Origin: a bacterium
GTDB taxonomy: Bacteria > RBG-13-61-14 > DATKZS01
Assembly: GCA_963674965.2 (NCBI GenBank)
Contig: CAXXFL010000005.1
Coordinates: forward strand, 256,001 to 320,000
Direction of reading: 5' to 3'
DNA: 64,000 nucleotides
How positions within the stretch are numbered: the stretch's first letter is position 1; each line of letters begins with the position of its first letter. This document shows positions 10,027 to 18,519 of this stretch, in pieces. Both the position numbers and the translations under genes were made by a program. The notes beneath the pieces were generated by a model. It saw only the letters and a program-made list of their open reading frames with translations. It ran no database searches and was not told where the DNA came from.

Positions 10027-10938
10027 TCAGATGGTTTTAGTCGTTTCCTTGTGGGTGAGGCCGGTCTTGACTTTAGCCTCGGTTTCCTCGATTTCCTTGA
10101 CCGCGGCGCGGTACATGTCGGATGACGGCTGCTTGGCCGTGATTTCCTTCAAGGACTCGTCGAAGGCGCTGATCGAGCTCGAGAGCTCATCGAACACCCT
10201 CGAGGTTTCCGACTCCTGCATGGGGCTCTCGGCCGTGGTCAAAAGCCTCGAGTAGGTATTGGAAAGCTGGAGGCTGAAACGGTTGAGCCTGGCCACCAGC
10301 CGGTTCCTCTCCTCCCTGAGCCGCTCGACGTTGGCCAGGTGGTCCCGCGCGTGGCCCAGGGCCGTCTCGTATTCCTTTTTCATCTCGAGGTCGGAAAAAC
10401 CCTCGATCTGGACCTCGATCCTGGCGATCTCCGTCCTGATCGTGCCCTCCTGGAACTCGGGCTTGGCCAGCATCCGGTCGAGCAGGCGCAGCCGGTCCTC
10501 GATGACCTTCACCTGGCCCGAGAGGTTTTTCACCTTGTCGGGCGTGAGGCCGGGAATGTTCTCCTTTTTAGCCGTCTTCTTCAGGGCCTTGAGGCGCTGC
10601 TTGATCTTGGCCATCTGCTGCTCGTAGGGCAAAAGGCCCATCCTTTTCTTCGACATGGGAGACTCTCCCCTTACTATCCGGACCGGGTTGATCACGCCAT
10701 AGGTCCGCCTTAAAAGATAAGCGTTGTAGTAGTAAAGGAGGACCCCCTCGATTATCTCGTTGACCAGGGGCAAGGGATCGGCCCCGATAAAGGGCATGAT
10801 ATCCACCAGGAAAACCAGCATGAAAATACCGTCGAAGAAATAGTGAAGAGGGAGGGGAATTTTATCCGCCACGTCCGCGGCGAAGCCCTTTACCTTCTCC
10901 ACTCCCTTGTCTATGTCGTTTTGTTTCATGTTCACCAT
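10027..10938 (-). CDS. Hypothetical membrane-anchored coiled-coil protein
   Basis: Host-like codon usage; hydrophobic hairpin followed by a long charged helical region; start at 10938 or 10929. Confidence 0.7.
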   Translation of the reverse strand: MVNMKQNDIDKGVEKVKGFAADVADKIPLPLHYFFDGIFMLVFLVDIMPFIGADPLPLVNEIIEGVLLYYYNAYLLRRTYGVINPVRIVRGESPMSKKRMGLLPYEQQMAKIKQRLKALKKTAKKENIPGLTPDKVKNLSGQVKVIEDRLRLLDRMLAKPEFQEGTIRTEIARIEVQIEGFSDLEMKKEYETALGHARDHLANVERLREERNRLVARLNRFSLQLSNTYSRLLTTAESPMQESETSRVFDELSSSISAFDESLKEITAKQPSSDMYRAAVKEIEETEAKVKTGLTHKETTKTI

Positions 10939-10992
10939 TATAGCGGCTGGCGCCCGGTTCGCAACACCGAAAAAAGAAAAGGGCCTTTTCAA

Positions 10993-11021
10993 TTGACACT
11001 TACTGGGCTTGCCTGTAGAAT
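10993..11021 (+). promoter_or_regulatory. Near-consensus sigma70 promoter of dsrD
   Basis: TTGACA-N17-TAGAAT. Confidence 0.75.
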
Positions 11022-11091
11022 AACCCTGGAAAAGGCGAGAAAATTCCATTGGTGTATTTATTTTCTTTTAATTTTAAGGAGGTTCGAAGTA

Positions 11092-11340
11092 ATGAGTGAC
11101 GAAATCAAAGACGCGATAGTGGCGTATCTTGAAAAAAGCACGGCCAAGGGCAAAAAGAAGCTCTACGCCAAGGACATCACGAAGGGTCTGGAGTCTTTCG
11201 ACAAGCGTGAAGTGAAAAAATGCTTGCAGGAAATGCTGAACGATAGCGACAGGGTGGCCTACTGGTCCTCCGGCAGCACCACCTACGTCATGCTCAAGGA
11301 AGAGTGGGAGAAGTTAAAAGCCCTCGAGGAAGAAGGCTAA
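11092..11340 (+). CDS. dsrD: Dissimilatory sulfite reductase D family protein (82 aa)
   Basis: MSDEIKDAIVAYLEK..KKKLY..D..REVKK..YWSSGSTT matches the DsrD signature; RBS AAGGAGG. Confidence 0.85.
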   Translation: MSDEIKDAIVAYLEKSTAKGKKKLYAKDITKGLESFDKREVKKCLQEMLNDSDRVAYWSSGSTTYVMLKEEWEKLKALEEEG

Positions 11341-11362
11341 CAATCGATCTGACTTGGTTTTT

Positions 11363-11406
11363 CCGCCTCCTTTTTCCCATGCCCAGCGCTGGAAAAAGGG
11401 AGGCGG
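11363..11406. terminator. Hairpin between convergent dsrD and the UPF0104 gene
   Basis: CCGCCTCCTTTTTCC / GGAAAAAGGGAGGCGG inverted repeat. Confidence 0.6.
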
Positions 11407-11456
11407 TCGTCGTTTATTCTCCAAACAACCGCGCCGTTTCCATTTGCGGTAGGTCC

Positions 11457-12461
11457 CTACCGTTCCTTTTTAAAGGCCCCTTTATAAACAAAGGGAAGGA
11501 CCGCCGCGCCTATGACCCACCTGGCCACGTTTAGCGCGAACTGAAGAAGAAGACTGAACACGAACAATACCTTGGGCTCGATAAGGTATTTAAAGAAGAA
11601 CACCCAGCTCGACTGGGTAGTCCCCAGCCGGGCCGGCGTAATGGGTATGCTGCTCACCAGGATGGCCAGGGGCATGAAGGCCAGGACCTGGAGGGGAGGC
11701 GGGGATTGCCCGTAAATCCAGAAGGCAGGGATGGTCAGCCCCAGTTGCCACAGGGCGAGAACTCCCTTTATCAGCAGAAGGACAATCATGTCCCTGGTTT
11801 TGATGGCCTCGAAAGGATAAAGGATATTGTCGAGCTTCAGGCGGCGGACGACCCGCCTACCCATCTCGCTCCTTATCCCCAGCACCAGCACCACCAGGCC
11901 GGGCCAGGAGCAAGTAATGACCACGAGAGCGACCGTGAGGGGCCCGCGCTGCGCCGGGTCGTCAAAGCCGGTGAGAAGCAGGATGGGCAAAAAGATGGTG
12001 GCGGCCAGGACCATGCCGTAGACCTCGACGAGGAATAAATATGTCACCATGCCCGCGGCCTTGCCCGCGCCCAGCTTGTATTTTTTGACCACGTAGGCGG
12101 CGAGGCCGGCCTGGCCGAAGAAGGTGGCTATCGAGGCCACCAGCATCATGGCCAGCCGGACGAGGACCAGCTCCCGGTGGTTGACCTTGACCTCGAGGCG
12201 GGAAAAGCCGTACCACATGGCGGTCCCGTCTATGATAGCGACGCCGGTGATAAAAAGCAGGGCGAGCGAGAACAGGGCCGCGGCCTGTTCCCATTCGAGG
12301 TTTTTAATCTCGTCCATGATTTCCCGAGGGGGGACCAGCTTGAGGAGGGCCCAAAAGATAAAAACCAGGGCCAGCCAGGGAGCGACCTTTCTGATTATTC
12401 TCCCGAGCGTGGATGGGACCTTAACCGCCTCGCGATCATCGGTCCTTTTCGTCTGGTCCAT
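11457..12461 (-). CDS. Lysylphosphatidylglycerol synthase TM / UPF0104 flippase-like membrane protein
   Basis: About 8 hydrophobic segments; SSIPITPARLGT motif; overlaps the GT2 gene. Confidence 0.7.
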   Translation of the reverse strand: MDQTKRTDDREAVKVPSTLGRIIRKVAPWLALVFIFWALLKLVPPREIMDEIKNLEWEQAAALFSLALLFITGVAIIDGTAMWYGFSRLEVKVNHRELVLVRLAMMLVASIATFFGQAGLAAYVVKKYKLGAGKAAGMVTYLFLVEVYGMVLAATIFLPILLLTGFDDPAQRGPLTVALVVITCSWPGLVVLVLGIRSEMGRRVVRRLKLDNILYPFEAIKTRDMIVLLLIKGVLALWQLGLTIPAFWIYGQSPPPLQVLAFMPLAILVSSIPITPARLGTTQSSWVFFFKYLIEPKVLFVFSLLLQFALNVARWVIGAAVLPFVYKGAFKKER

Positions 12462-13419
12462 CGGCCGTTCTTTCGTAGGCCTGTTTTTTAAGCAGGTAAA
12501 GAAGTTCTTCCTGGTTCTGGCGGAGCCTTCCCAGCATGTCCGCCATGAGGGCCGTCACCATGAGCAGAAGTCCGGCTATGACCAGGAGGGTCCCGCCCGT
12601 GAGCAGGGACTGGAAAGGCGAGGTCTTGCCATCGTAAAGCCAGTGCACGAATGGTACCGAGGCGGAGGCCAGGCCAAGGGCCATGACCACCAAACCGATG
12701 CCGCCGAAGAAATGAAGCGGCTTCGCGTCCCTAAGCGAGAAGAGGATAATGGACCCGGCCCTGACCGCGTAGCGGCTGATCGAGCCGGCCACCCGGGACT
12801 CGCCGAACTCCCTGGTCCCGCGCACGGGCAGGGGGACCTCGGCCATGCGCGAGCGCTTCCTGGCCAGGTCCAGGAAAGTCTCCTGGGTATAGGTGAAAAC
12901 GCCGAACAGGTTGAGGCGAAGGGCCGTATCCCGCGTGTAGGCCCGAAAGCCGCAGGAAACGTCGGTGAATTTCCCGCCCGTGACGGCGTTCACGATCCAT
13001 ACCATCCACTGGTTGCCCAGGAACTTGATCCGGGGCATTTCCGGGATAAGGTCCGGGTCGCCGAAGCGGGTGCAGGTGACGAAGTCGGCCTTGCCCTCAA
13101 TGATGGGACGGATTAGCTTGGGTATGGTCGCGGGATCGAACTGGCCGTCGGCGTCCATGTTCACGATCACGTCGGCGCCTGAGGCCAGCGCCGCCTTGAC
13201 GCCGGTGGCGAAGGCGGCGCCCACTCCTCGATTCTCGGAGTGCCGCTCGACCCGGGCGCCCTTCTCGAGGGCTATCCGAGACGTGCGGTCCGAGGAACCG
13301 TCGTCCACCACTATCTTTTCGATCGCGTCGATGCCCTCGATCCGGGAGGGAATCCCGTCGAGCACGCCGCCGATGGTCATCTCCTCGTTAAGGGCCGGCA
13401 GTATAATGGCAAGCTTCAA
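12436..13419 (-). CDS. GT2 glycosyltransferase (DPM1/polyprenol-phosphate type) with two C-terminal TMs
   Basis: ILPALNEE, VVDDGSSD, MDADGQF, DVSCGFRAY. Confidence 0.92.
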   Translation of the reverse strand: MKLAIILPALNEEMTIGGVLDGIPSRIEGIDAIEKIVVDDGSSDRTSRIALEKGARVERHSENRGVGAAFATGVKAALASGADVIVNMDADGQFDPATIPKLIRPIIEGKADFVTCTRFGDPDLIPEMPRIKFLGNQWMVWIVNAVTGGKFTDVSCGFRAYTRDTALRLNLFGVFTYTQETFLDLARKRSRMAEVPLPVRGTREFGESRVAGSISRYAVRAGSIILFSLRDAKPLHFFGGIGLVVMALGLASASVPFVHWLYDGKTSPFQSLLTGGTLLVIAGLLLMVTALMADMLGRLRQNQEELLYLLKKQAYERTADGPDEKDR

Positions 13420-13444
13420 TGAGGCCTCCGAACTTCCGCCGGTC

Positions 13445-13828
13445 TCAGGAGAGGCTCCCTTCCTGCAGAAGGGTCTTGACCGTCTTGAGCAGGGAACCAG
13501 CCACCACCGGCTTGGTCACGAAGGCGTTAACCCCCATGTCCCTGGCCTTGGCCATTACCTCTCCTCCGCTCTCCGTGGTGACCACGACGATGGGAACGTT
13601 ACCGTTCCTGGGGTCCTGGCGCATAAGACTAATAAGCTTCAAGCCGTCCATCAGCGGCATGTTGATATCGACCATGGCCAGGTCGAAGGACTCCGACTGG
13701 ACCTTCTTCAGGCCGTCAAGCCCGTCCTCCGCCTCCACTATCTTGACGTCCGGTATGGAACGAAGCGAAAAAACCACCAGTTGCCGCATGGTCGGCGAGT
13801 CTTCAACCACTAATATTTTAACCGGCAT
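13445..13828 (-). CDS. CheY-like single-domain response regulator
   Basis: ILVVEDS, DINMPLMDG, VTT, FVTKP. Confidence 0.92.
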   Translation of the reverse strand: MPVKILVVEDSPTMRQLVVFSLRSIPDVKIVEAEDGLDGLKKVQSESFDLAMVDINMPLMDGLKLISLMRQDPRNGNVPIVVVTTESGGEVMAKARDMGVNAFVTKPVVAGSLLKTVKTLLQEGSLS

Positions 13829-13846
13829 GTTTGGGACCGAGTTTAC

Positions 13847-14671
13847 CTAATGAGTAACCAGGTCGAGGAAACCCTTTATCGTTTTCTGTTTACGTATGGA
13901 GTCTCCATATAACTTGGCGCTGAATATGGCCGTGGCCGCGTGGGCGGCGAGAAGGCCGAAAAGGTCGTAGTCGACCTTTAAAAGCTTTTCCTTTTGGGGA
14001 AGAAGCGCGTACACCACGATTACGCCTATTACCTCGTCCTTGATCTTGAGCGGCACGCAGACCATGGGGTGATGAACGTCAAGAGGAGCGTTGCGGTCAA
14101 AGGACTTGCGGTAATAAACCTCGCCGCTTTCGGCGCCGCTCCCGATGATGCCTTCTCCCATTTTGACCTCGGAGAGGGCCTCGATGGGAAGGCCGACCGC
14201 CCTTATCGGCTCGAGCATTCCCCTTTTCTCGTTCAACATGAGGATGCCGAAGTTCTGGGCCCCGATAAGGTTGATGACGATCTCGGAGATGATCTGGAGG
14301 ACCTCGTTAAGATCGAGGCTCGAGTGAAGCTGGTAGCTGGCAACGTAAAGGTTGGCCAGGTTGCTGTTCTCGAAGGCTATTTCCTCGTACCGGTTCAGGA
14401 AGTCCTTGTTTTCCTCCTCGATCTGACGGTACTGGTTGATGATGTCCTGCTTCTCCCTCTTAAGTTCCTCGAGCTTTCGGACCAGGCTCGACTCCTCGGG
14501 GTCCTGCATGCCGTCCGATAAAAAACTCTCCCTGTCCGCGATAAGGTCGTTGACCCGAGACTTGAGACGGGAGTTCTCCTCCATAAGCTCCTTGGTGAAC
14601 TCCGTCACCTTGCCGTACATCTCCAGGAACTGCTGGCCCTTCGTAGCCAAATATGCCTCCCTATCGTCCAC
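13847..14671 (-). CDS. Coiled-coil plus GAF domain protein with no output domain
   Basis: N-terminal coiled coil; LHSSLDLNEVL..GEGIIG..CVPLKIKDEVIGVI..LLAAHAA. Confidence 0.85.
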   Translation of the reverse strand: MDDREAYLATKGQQFLEMYGKVTEFTKELMEENSRLKSRVNDLIADRESFLSDGMQDPEESSLVRKLEELKREKQDIINQYRQIEEENKDFLNRYEEIAFENSNLANLYVASYQLHSSLDLNEVLQIISEIVINLIGAQNFGILMLNEKRGMLEPIRAVGLPIEALSEVKMGEGIIGSGAESGEVYYRKSFDRNAPLDVHHPMVCVPLKIKDEVIGVIVVYALLPQKEKLLKVDYDLFGLLAAHAATAIFSAKLYGDSIRKQKTIKGFLDLVTH

Positions 14672-14818
14672 GCGCCCGCCCGGGCGCTATACAAGGAAAA
14701 ATCGAAGTTTCCCCATCCCTCATTCCAGTTTATATCAGATTATTTCAACAAGCAACAGATAAAATCCCTCTCCCGGCAATGGCGGCCCGGAGGACGGGCA
14801 TGGAGCCGGCCGGAATAA

Positions 14819-15523
14819 TCAGCCTTTCGATCCCTCCTCGATCGACTCGATCCGGCCGTCTCTTATCCTGATAACGCGGTTCATCCTGTGGGCCAGGGCC
14901 TCGTTGTGAGTAACGATCAGCAGGGTTATTCCCTTTTCCCGGTTGAGCCCCAGCAATATGTCCTCCACCATGGCGCCCGTGGCCGCGTCGAGGTTGCCCG
15001 TCGGCTCGTCCGCCAGAATAAGGGCAGGCTCCATGATAATGGCCCGGGCGATGGCCACCCGCTGCTGCTCGCCGCCGGACAGCTCTCCCGCCTTGTGTCC
15101 CAGCCGGTCCTCGAGGCCCAGCTCGGTAAGGATTTCCGTCGCCCTCTCCCGCGCCTCGGCGGGAACCACCCGCCCAATCAGGGCCGGCATCATTACGTTC
15201 TCCAGGGCCGTGAACTCGGGAAGAAGATGGTGGAACTGGAAGACGAAACCCAGGCTCTCGTTGCGGTAATAGGCCAACTCCCTCGAGCTCATGTCCCTTA
15301 GGTCCGACCCGCCGATGATCACGTTTCCCTCGCTGGCGTGCTCGAGACCGCCAAGGATGTTGAGAAGCGTCGATTTGCCCGCGCCCGAGACTCCCACCAC
15401 CGCCACCGACTCTCCCTTGCCGATGTCCAGCGTGACGCCGCGCAAAACCTCGAGCGACCCCTCGAAGCGGGAAAAGGACTTCCTTACATCCACCATCCGC
15501 ACCAAAACGTCGCCGCTCATCAC
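14819..15523 (-). CDS. lolD: Lipoprotein-releasing ABC transporter ATP-binding protein
   Basis: GVSGAGKST, GFVFQFHHLLPEF, LSGGEQQRVAIARA, ADEPTGNLD. Confidence 0.9.
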   Translation of the reverse strand: MMSGDVLVRMVDVRKSFSRFEGSLEVLRGVTLDIGKGESVAVVGVSGAGKSTLLNILGGLEHASEGNVIIGGSDLRDMSSRELAYYRNESLGFVFQFHHLLPEFTALENVMMPALIGRVVPAEARERATEILTELGLEDRLGHKAGELSGGEQQRVAIARAIIMEPALILADEPTGNLDAATGAMVEDILLGLNREKGITLLIVTHNEALAHRMNRVIRIRDGRIESIEEGSKG

Positions 15524-16761
15524 TCGTACCTCAACGACTCGGCCGGCTTTATCTTCGAGGCCTGCCAGGAAGGATATATGGTCGTCACGAAGCTGAGAAG
15601 CATGGCCCCCAGGCTCACCCCCGCGATGACGAAACCTGAAATCTTCACCGGGACCGTGCCGAACTGGTAAACGTCAGCCGGCATCTTCAATAAACCGAAC
15701 TCAATCTGAAGCCAGCACACGAAAAGTCCCAGCAGCACCCCGGCGATGGCCCCGAACAACCCGATGGCCGTTCCCTGGGTCATGAAGATCATCATGATTC
15801 CCCCGTCGGTGGCCCCCATGCTTTTCAGGACCGCGATGTCCCGGTACTTCTCCATCACCAGCATGAGGAGCATGCCGATGATGTTGAAGGACGCCACCAG
15901 CATGATAAGACTAAGGACCAGGCCCGAGAGTATCTGCTCCATCTTCAGCGCCGCGAAAAGCTGCTGCTGCTGGTCGATCCAGGTGCGCACGATGTAAGGA
16001 TACTGGATGGCCTGCTCCACCCTCTTTCGCGTGGCCGAGACGTTATACACGTTGTCCGTCTTCACCTCGATCGCGTCCACCTTGTCGCCCCGGTCAAAGA
16101 CCTTGCCCGCCGTGGCCAGGCTGACCAGCGCCACGTTGGCGTCGATCTCGTAAAAACCGAACTCGTAAATGCAGCCCACCCGGAAGCGCTTGGCCTTGGG
16201 CGCGAAGCCGTAGGGCGTAAGCTTGCCCTCCGGGATGATGACCGACACCTCGCTGCCGTGATAGGCCCCCACCTGCCCGGCCAACTCCGTGCCCAGGGCG
16301 ATCACGGGAAGGGGCTCGAGAAAGCTCGAGTCGCCGTCCGCCGGCTCCAGCTCGGACATGCTTCCCTTTATCACGTGCTCGTCCAGGTTCATGACGCGAG
16401 GCGCCGTGGCCAGGTCTATGCCCCGGATCAGGGCGCCCTCCTGGCCGTGCGGGCCTCGAACCAGGACCTGGCTCTCGATGAAAGGGCTCGAGCCGGTAAC
16501 GCCGGGCACGGCGTCGAGCTTTTCCATGATCTCCTCGGGGTTGGCGATGCCCGAGGACCGGGTCACCACGATGTGGGCGTTGAACCCGAGAATTTTATCC
16601 CGCATGTAGTCCTGGACCCCCAGCATGAAGGAAAGGACTATTATTAAGGCCGCCACCCCCACCGTGACCCCCGCCACGCTGATAAAAGTGATCACCGACA
16701 CGAAGGTCTGCTTGCGCTTGGCCCGCAGGTAGCGAAGGCCAATCATTATCTCATATCGCAT
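15520..16761 (-). CDS. lolE: Lipoprotein-releasing ABC transporter permease LolC/E
   Basis: IGLRYLRAKRKQTFVS..GVAALIIVLS, EKYRDIAVLKSMGA, YPSWQAS..PAESLRYE. Confidence 0.88.
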   Translation of the reverse strand: MRYEIMIGLRYLRAKRKQTFVSVITFISVAGVTVGVAALIIVLSFMLGVQDYMRDKILGFNAHIVVTRSSGIANPEEIMEKLDAVPGVTGSSPFIESQVLVRGPHGQEGALIRGIDLATAPRVMNLDEHVIKGSMSELEPADGDSSFLEPLPVIALGTELAGQVGAYHGSEVSVIIPEGKLTPYGFAPKAKRFRVGCIYEFGFYEIDANVALVSLATAGKVFDRGDKVDAIEVKTDNVYNVSATRKRVEQAIQYPYIVRTWIDQQQQLFAALKMEQILSGLVLSLIMLVASFNIIGMLLMLVMEKYRDIAVLKSMGATDGGIMMIFMTQGTAIGLFGAIAGVLLGLFVCWLQIEFGLLKMPADVYQFGTVPVKISGFVIAGVSLGAMLLSFVTTIYPSWQASKIKPAESLRYE

Positions 16762-17229
16762 CCATATTCCTCAGGAAATCAAAACCCGGACCCAAACCAG
16801 GATAGCTATCCAGCGCCGACTGGCGCGGAGATAACGCTCATCCAAATCCAGCGGCCAAGGCCGCCCGCGCGGCAAGGCCGGATGAAATCGTAAAACAGCC
16901 GCCCTCCAAGACGGCCTGAGTTGTAACCGCAAACCGTGGAGTCGCCATTTCTGACCCCAATAAATAATAAGGGAGGCGGGGCATAATGACAACTTCCCCG
17001 GCGCGGATAGGCGTTCAAGTAGGATGGCGGCGAGCGTCCAGGCGCAAGATGGCCAACTCCTCCGGGGTCCCGGCGTGACCAAGGACCTCGGGCGTGAAGG
17101 ACGAGGAAGCGGCCCTGACCCTGGGAACTGGGGCAAGAAATAATCCGAGCTCCGTCCCCTCGCCGGTGCTTGGAAGCCGTGAAATCGGAGGCGACCCCCT
17201 CATTACGATAATCGGCGTTCCATCGGTCC

Positions 17230-17259
17230 TTGACAAATCGGAAGCCGATCATCTACTCT
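17230..17259 (+). promoter_or_regulatory. Putative sigma70 promoter of hicAB
   Basis: TTGACA-N18-TACTCT directly upstream of RBS AAGGAG. Confidence 0.5.
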
Positions 17260-17277
17260 AAATGAAAGGAGTTCGTA

Positions 17278-17529
17278 ATAAGGCACGAGAAGTTATATGA
17301 ACATATACTGATGCGCCGGTCGGACGTTAACGTCCCTTTTGACGACCTCCGCTCATTGCTTGCTCGGATTGGGTTTGATGAAAGGATCAGGGGAGATCAC
17401 CATATCTTCACCATGACCGGGGTCGAGGAAATCCTTAACCTTCAACCTCGAGGAGGTAAGGCCAAGCCGTATCAGGTTAAACAAGTACGGGCCTTGATTC
17501 TGAGATACAATTTAAAACTGGAAGAATAG
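17278..17529 (+). CDS. hicA: Type II toxin HicA (probable ATA start at 17278; first ATG at 17311)
   Basis: GFDERIRGDHHIF..ILNLQPRGGKAKPYQVKQVR; in-frame upstream RHEKLYEHIL resembles typical HicA N-termini. Confidence 0.85.
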   Translation: MRHEKLYEHILMRRSDVNVPFDDLRSLLARIGFDERIRGDHHIFTMTGVEEILNLQPRGGKAKPYQVKQVRALILRYNLKLEE

Positions 17530-17531
17530 CC

Positions 17532-17744
17532 ATGGATGCAAGGTACGAAATCATCATTTTCTGGAGCGAGGAGGACCAGGCTTTCATCGCCGAGGTCCCG
17601 GAACTTGCCGGCTGCATGGCGGACGGCAAGACCTACCAGGAGGCGCTGACAAACGTCGAGGTTGTCATTCGGGAATGGATTGAAACGGCCATCGAGCTTG
17701 GACGCGTCGTGCCGAAACCTCGGGGCCGATTGGCGTACGCTTGA
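17532..17744 (+). CDS. hicB: Antitoxin HicB (short form)
   Basis: YEIIIFWSEEDQAFIAEVPELAGCMADGKTYQEAL..WIETA..GRVVPKP. Confidence 0.92.
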   Translation: MDARYEIIIFWSEEDQAFIAEVPELAGCMADGKTYQEALTNVEVVIREWIETAIELGRVVPKPRGRLAYA

Positions 17745-17857
17745 GAAGATTTTTACCGTAAAGTCCAGGGAACGCCACGCCGGCGCTTTTACGCCCTTAT
17801 AGCAACCATCCGGGCTTCCCCCCACTCCTGAACCGGCCGCGCCGGTTTTATCTTTCG

Positions 17858-18484
17858 CTAAAGGGTCTTGGCCTCCGCGTATCCTCTGACGCCGAGGTCG
17901 AAGGCTTTCATGTTGAATTCCCTTTTTTTCTCGTCCTCGAACACGTCGGCGATGGCCTGGCGGAAGGCGGCGACCGACACGGGCAGAAGCTCGGACCCGG
18001 CCAGGGCCCCGACCATGACCACGTTCTGCGCCACCAGTGTGCCCAGCTCCTTGGCCAGCTCGGTGGCGGCCACCACCTTGGCCCCCTCGACCAGTCCTTT
18101 GATATTGTCGAATAGCTCCTGGAGGGGAGGGTACTGCTGGGCCCCGGTGAGCACGCCGATGGGATAGTTGGGCCTGGGGTTGAAGATGACCTTGGTGTTC
18201 TCGTTTCCGTAGTCCACCAGCACCCGGAGGGTCTCGAGCGGCTCGAAGCCCACGATGATATCGGTTTGTCCCCGCGGTATGAGGGGACCGTACTGGAACT
18301 CCTTGGAGAAGCGCACGTGGCTCATGACCGAGCCTCCCCTTTGGGAGGCGCCATAGGTCTCGCCGATGGAGGCGTAGAAGCCCTCGTCGATGGCGGCCGT
18401 GGCCGTGAGCTGGCTGGCCAGGATGTTTCCCTGTCCTCCCACTCCCGTGATTATCAGGTTGATCGGGTCCTTTGCAATAGCCAT
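17858..18484 (-). CDS. iorB: Indolepyruvate:ferredoxin oxidoreductase beta subunit
   Basis: IITGVGGQGNIL, ETYGASQRGGSVMSHVR, NVVMVGAL; ATG at 18484 after AGGAAAGGA. Confidence 0.9.
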   Translation of the reverse strand: MAIAKDPINLIITGVGGQGNILASQLTATAAIDEGFYASIGETYGASQRGGSVMSHVRFSKEFQYGPLIPRGQTDIIVGFEPLETLRVLVDYGNENTKVIFNPRPNYPIGVLTGAQQYPPLQELFDNIKGLVEGAKVVAATELAKELGTLVAQNVVMVGALAGSELLPVSVAAFRQAIADVFEDEKKREFNMKAFDLGVRGYAEAKTL

Positions 18485-18519
18485 TTTGATTCCTTTCCTC
18501 GATACCGGACGCCGGTGGG

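Noticed and set aside
10843-11091. Upstream extension of dsrD to 165 aa
   Set aside because: It overlaps the divergent gene and the promoter. The RBS and DsrD similarity begin at 11092.
16771-17252. Minus-strand ORFs of 121, 148 and 73 aa upstream of lolE
   Set aside because: No recognisable motifs, atypical composition, and they overlap each other.
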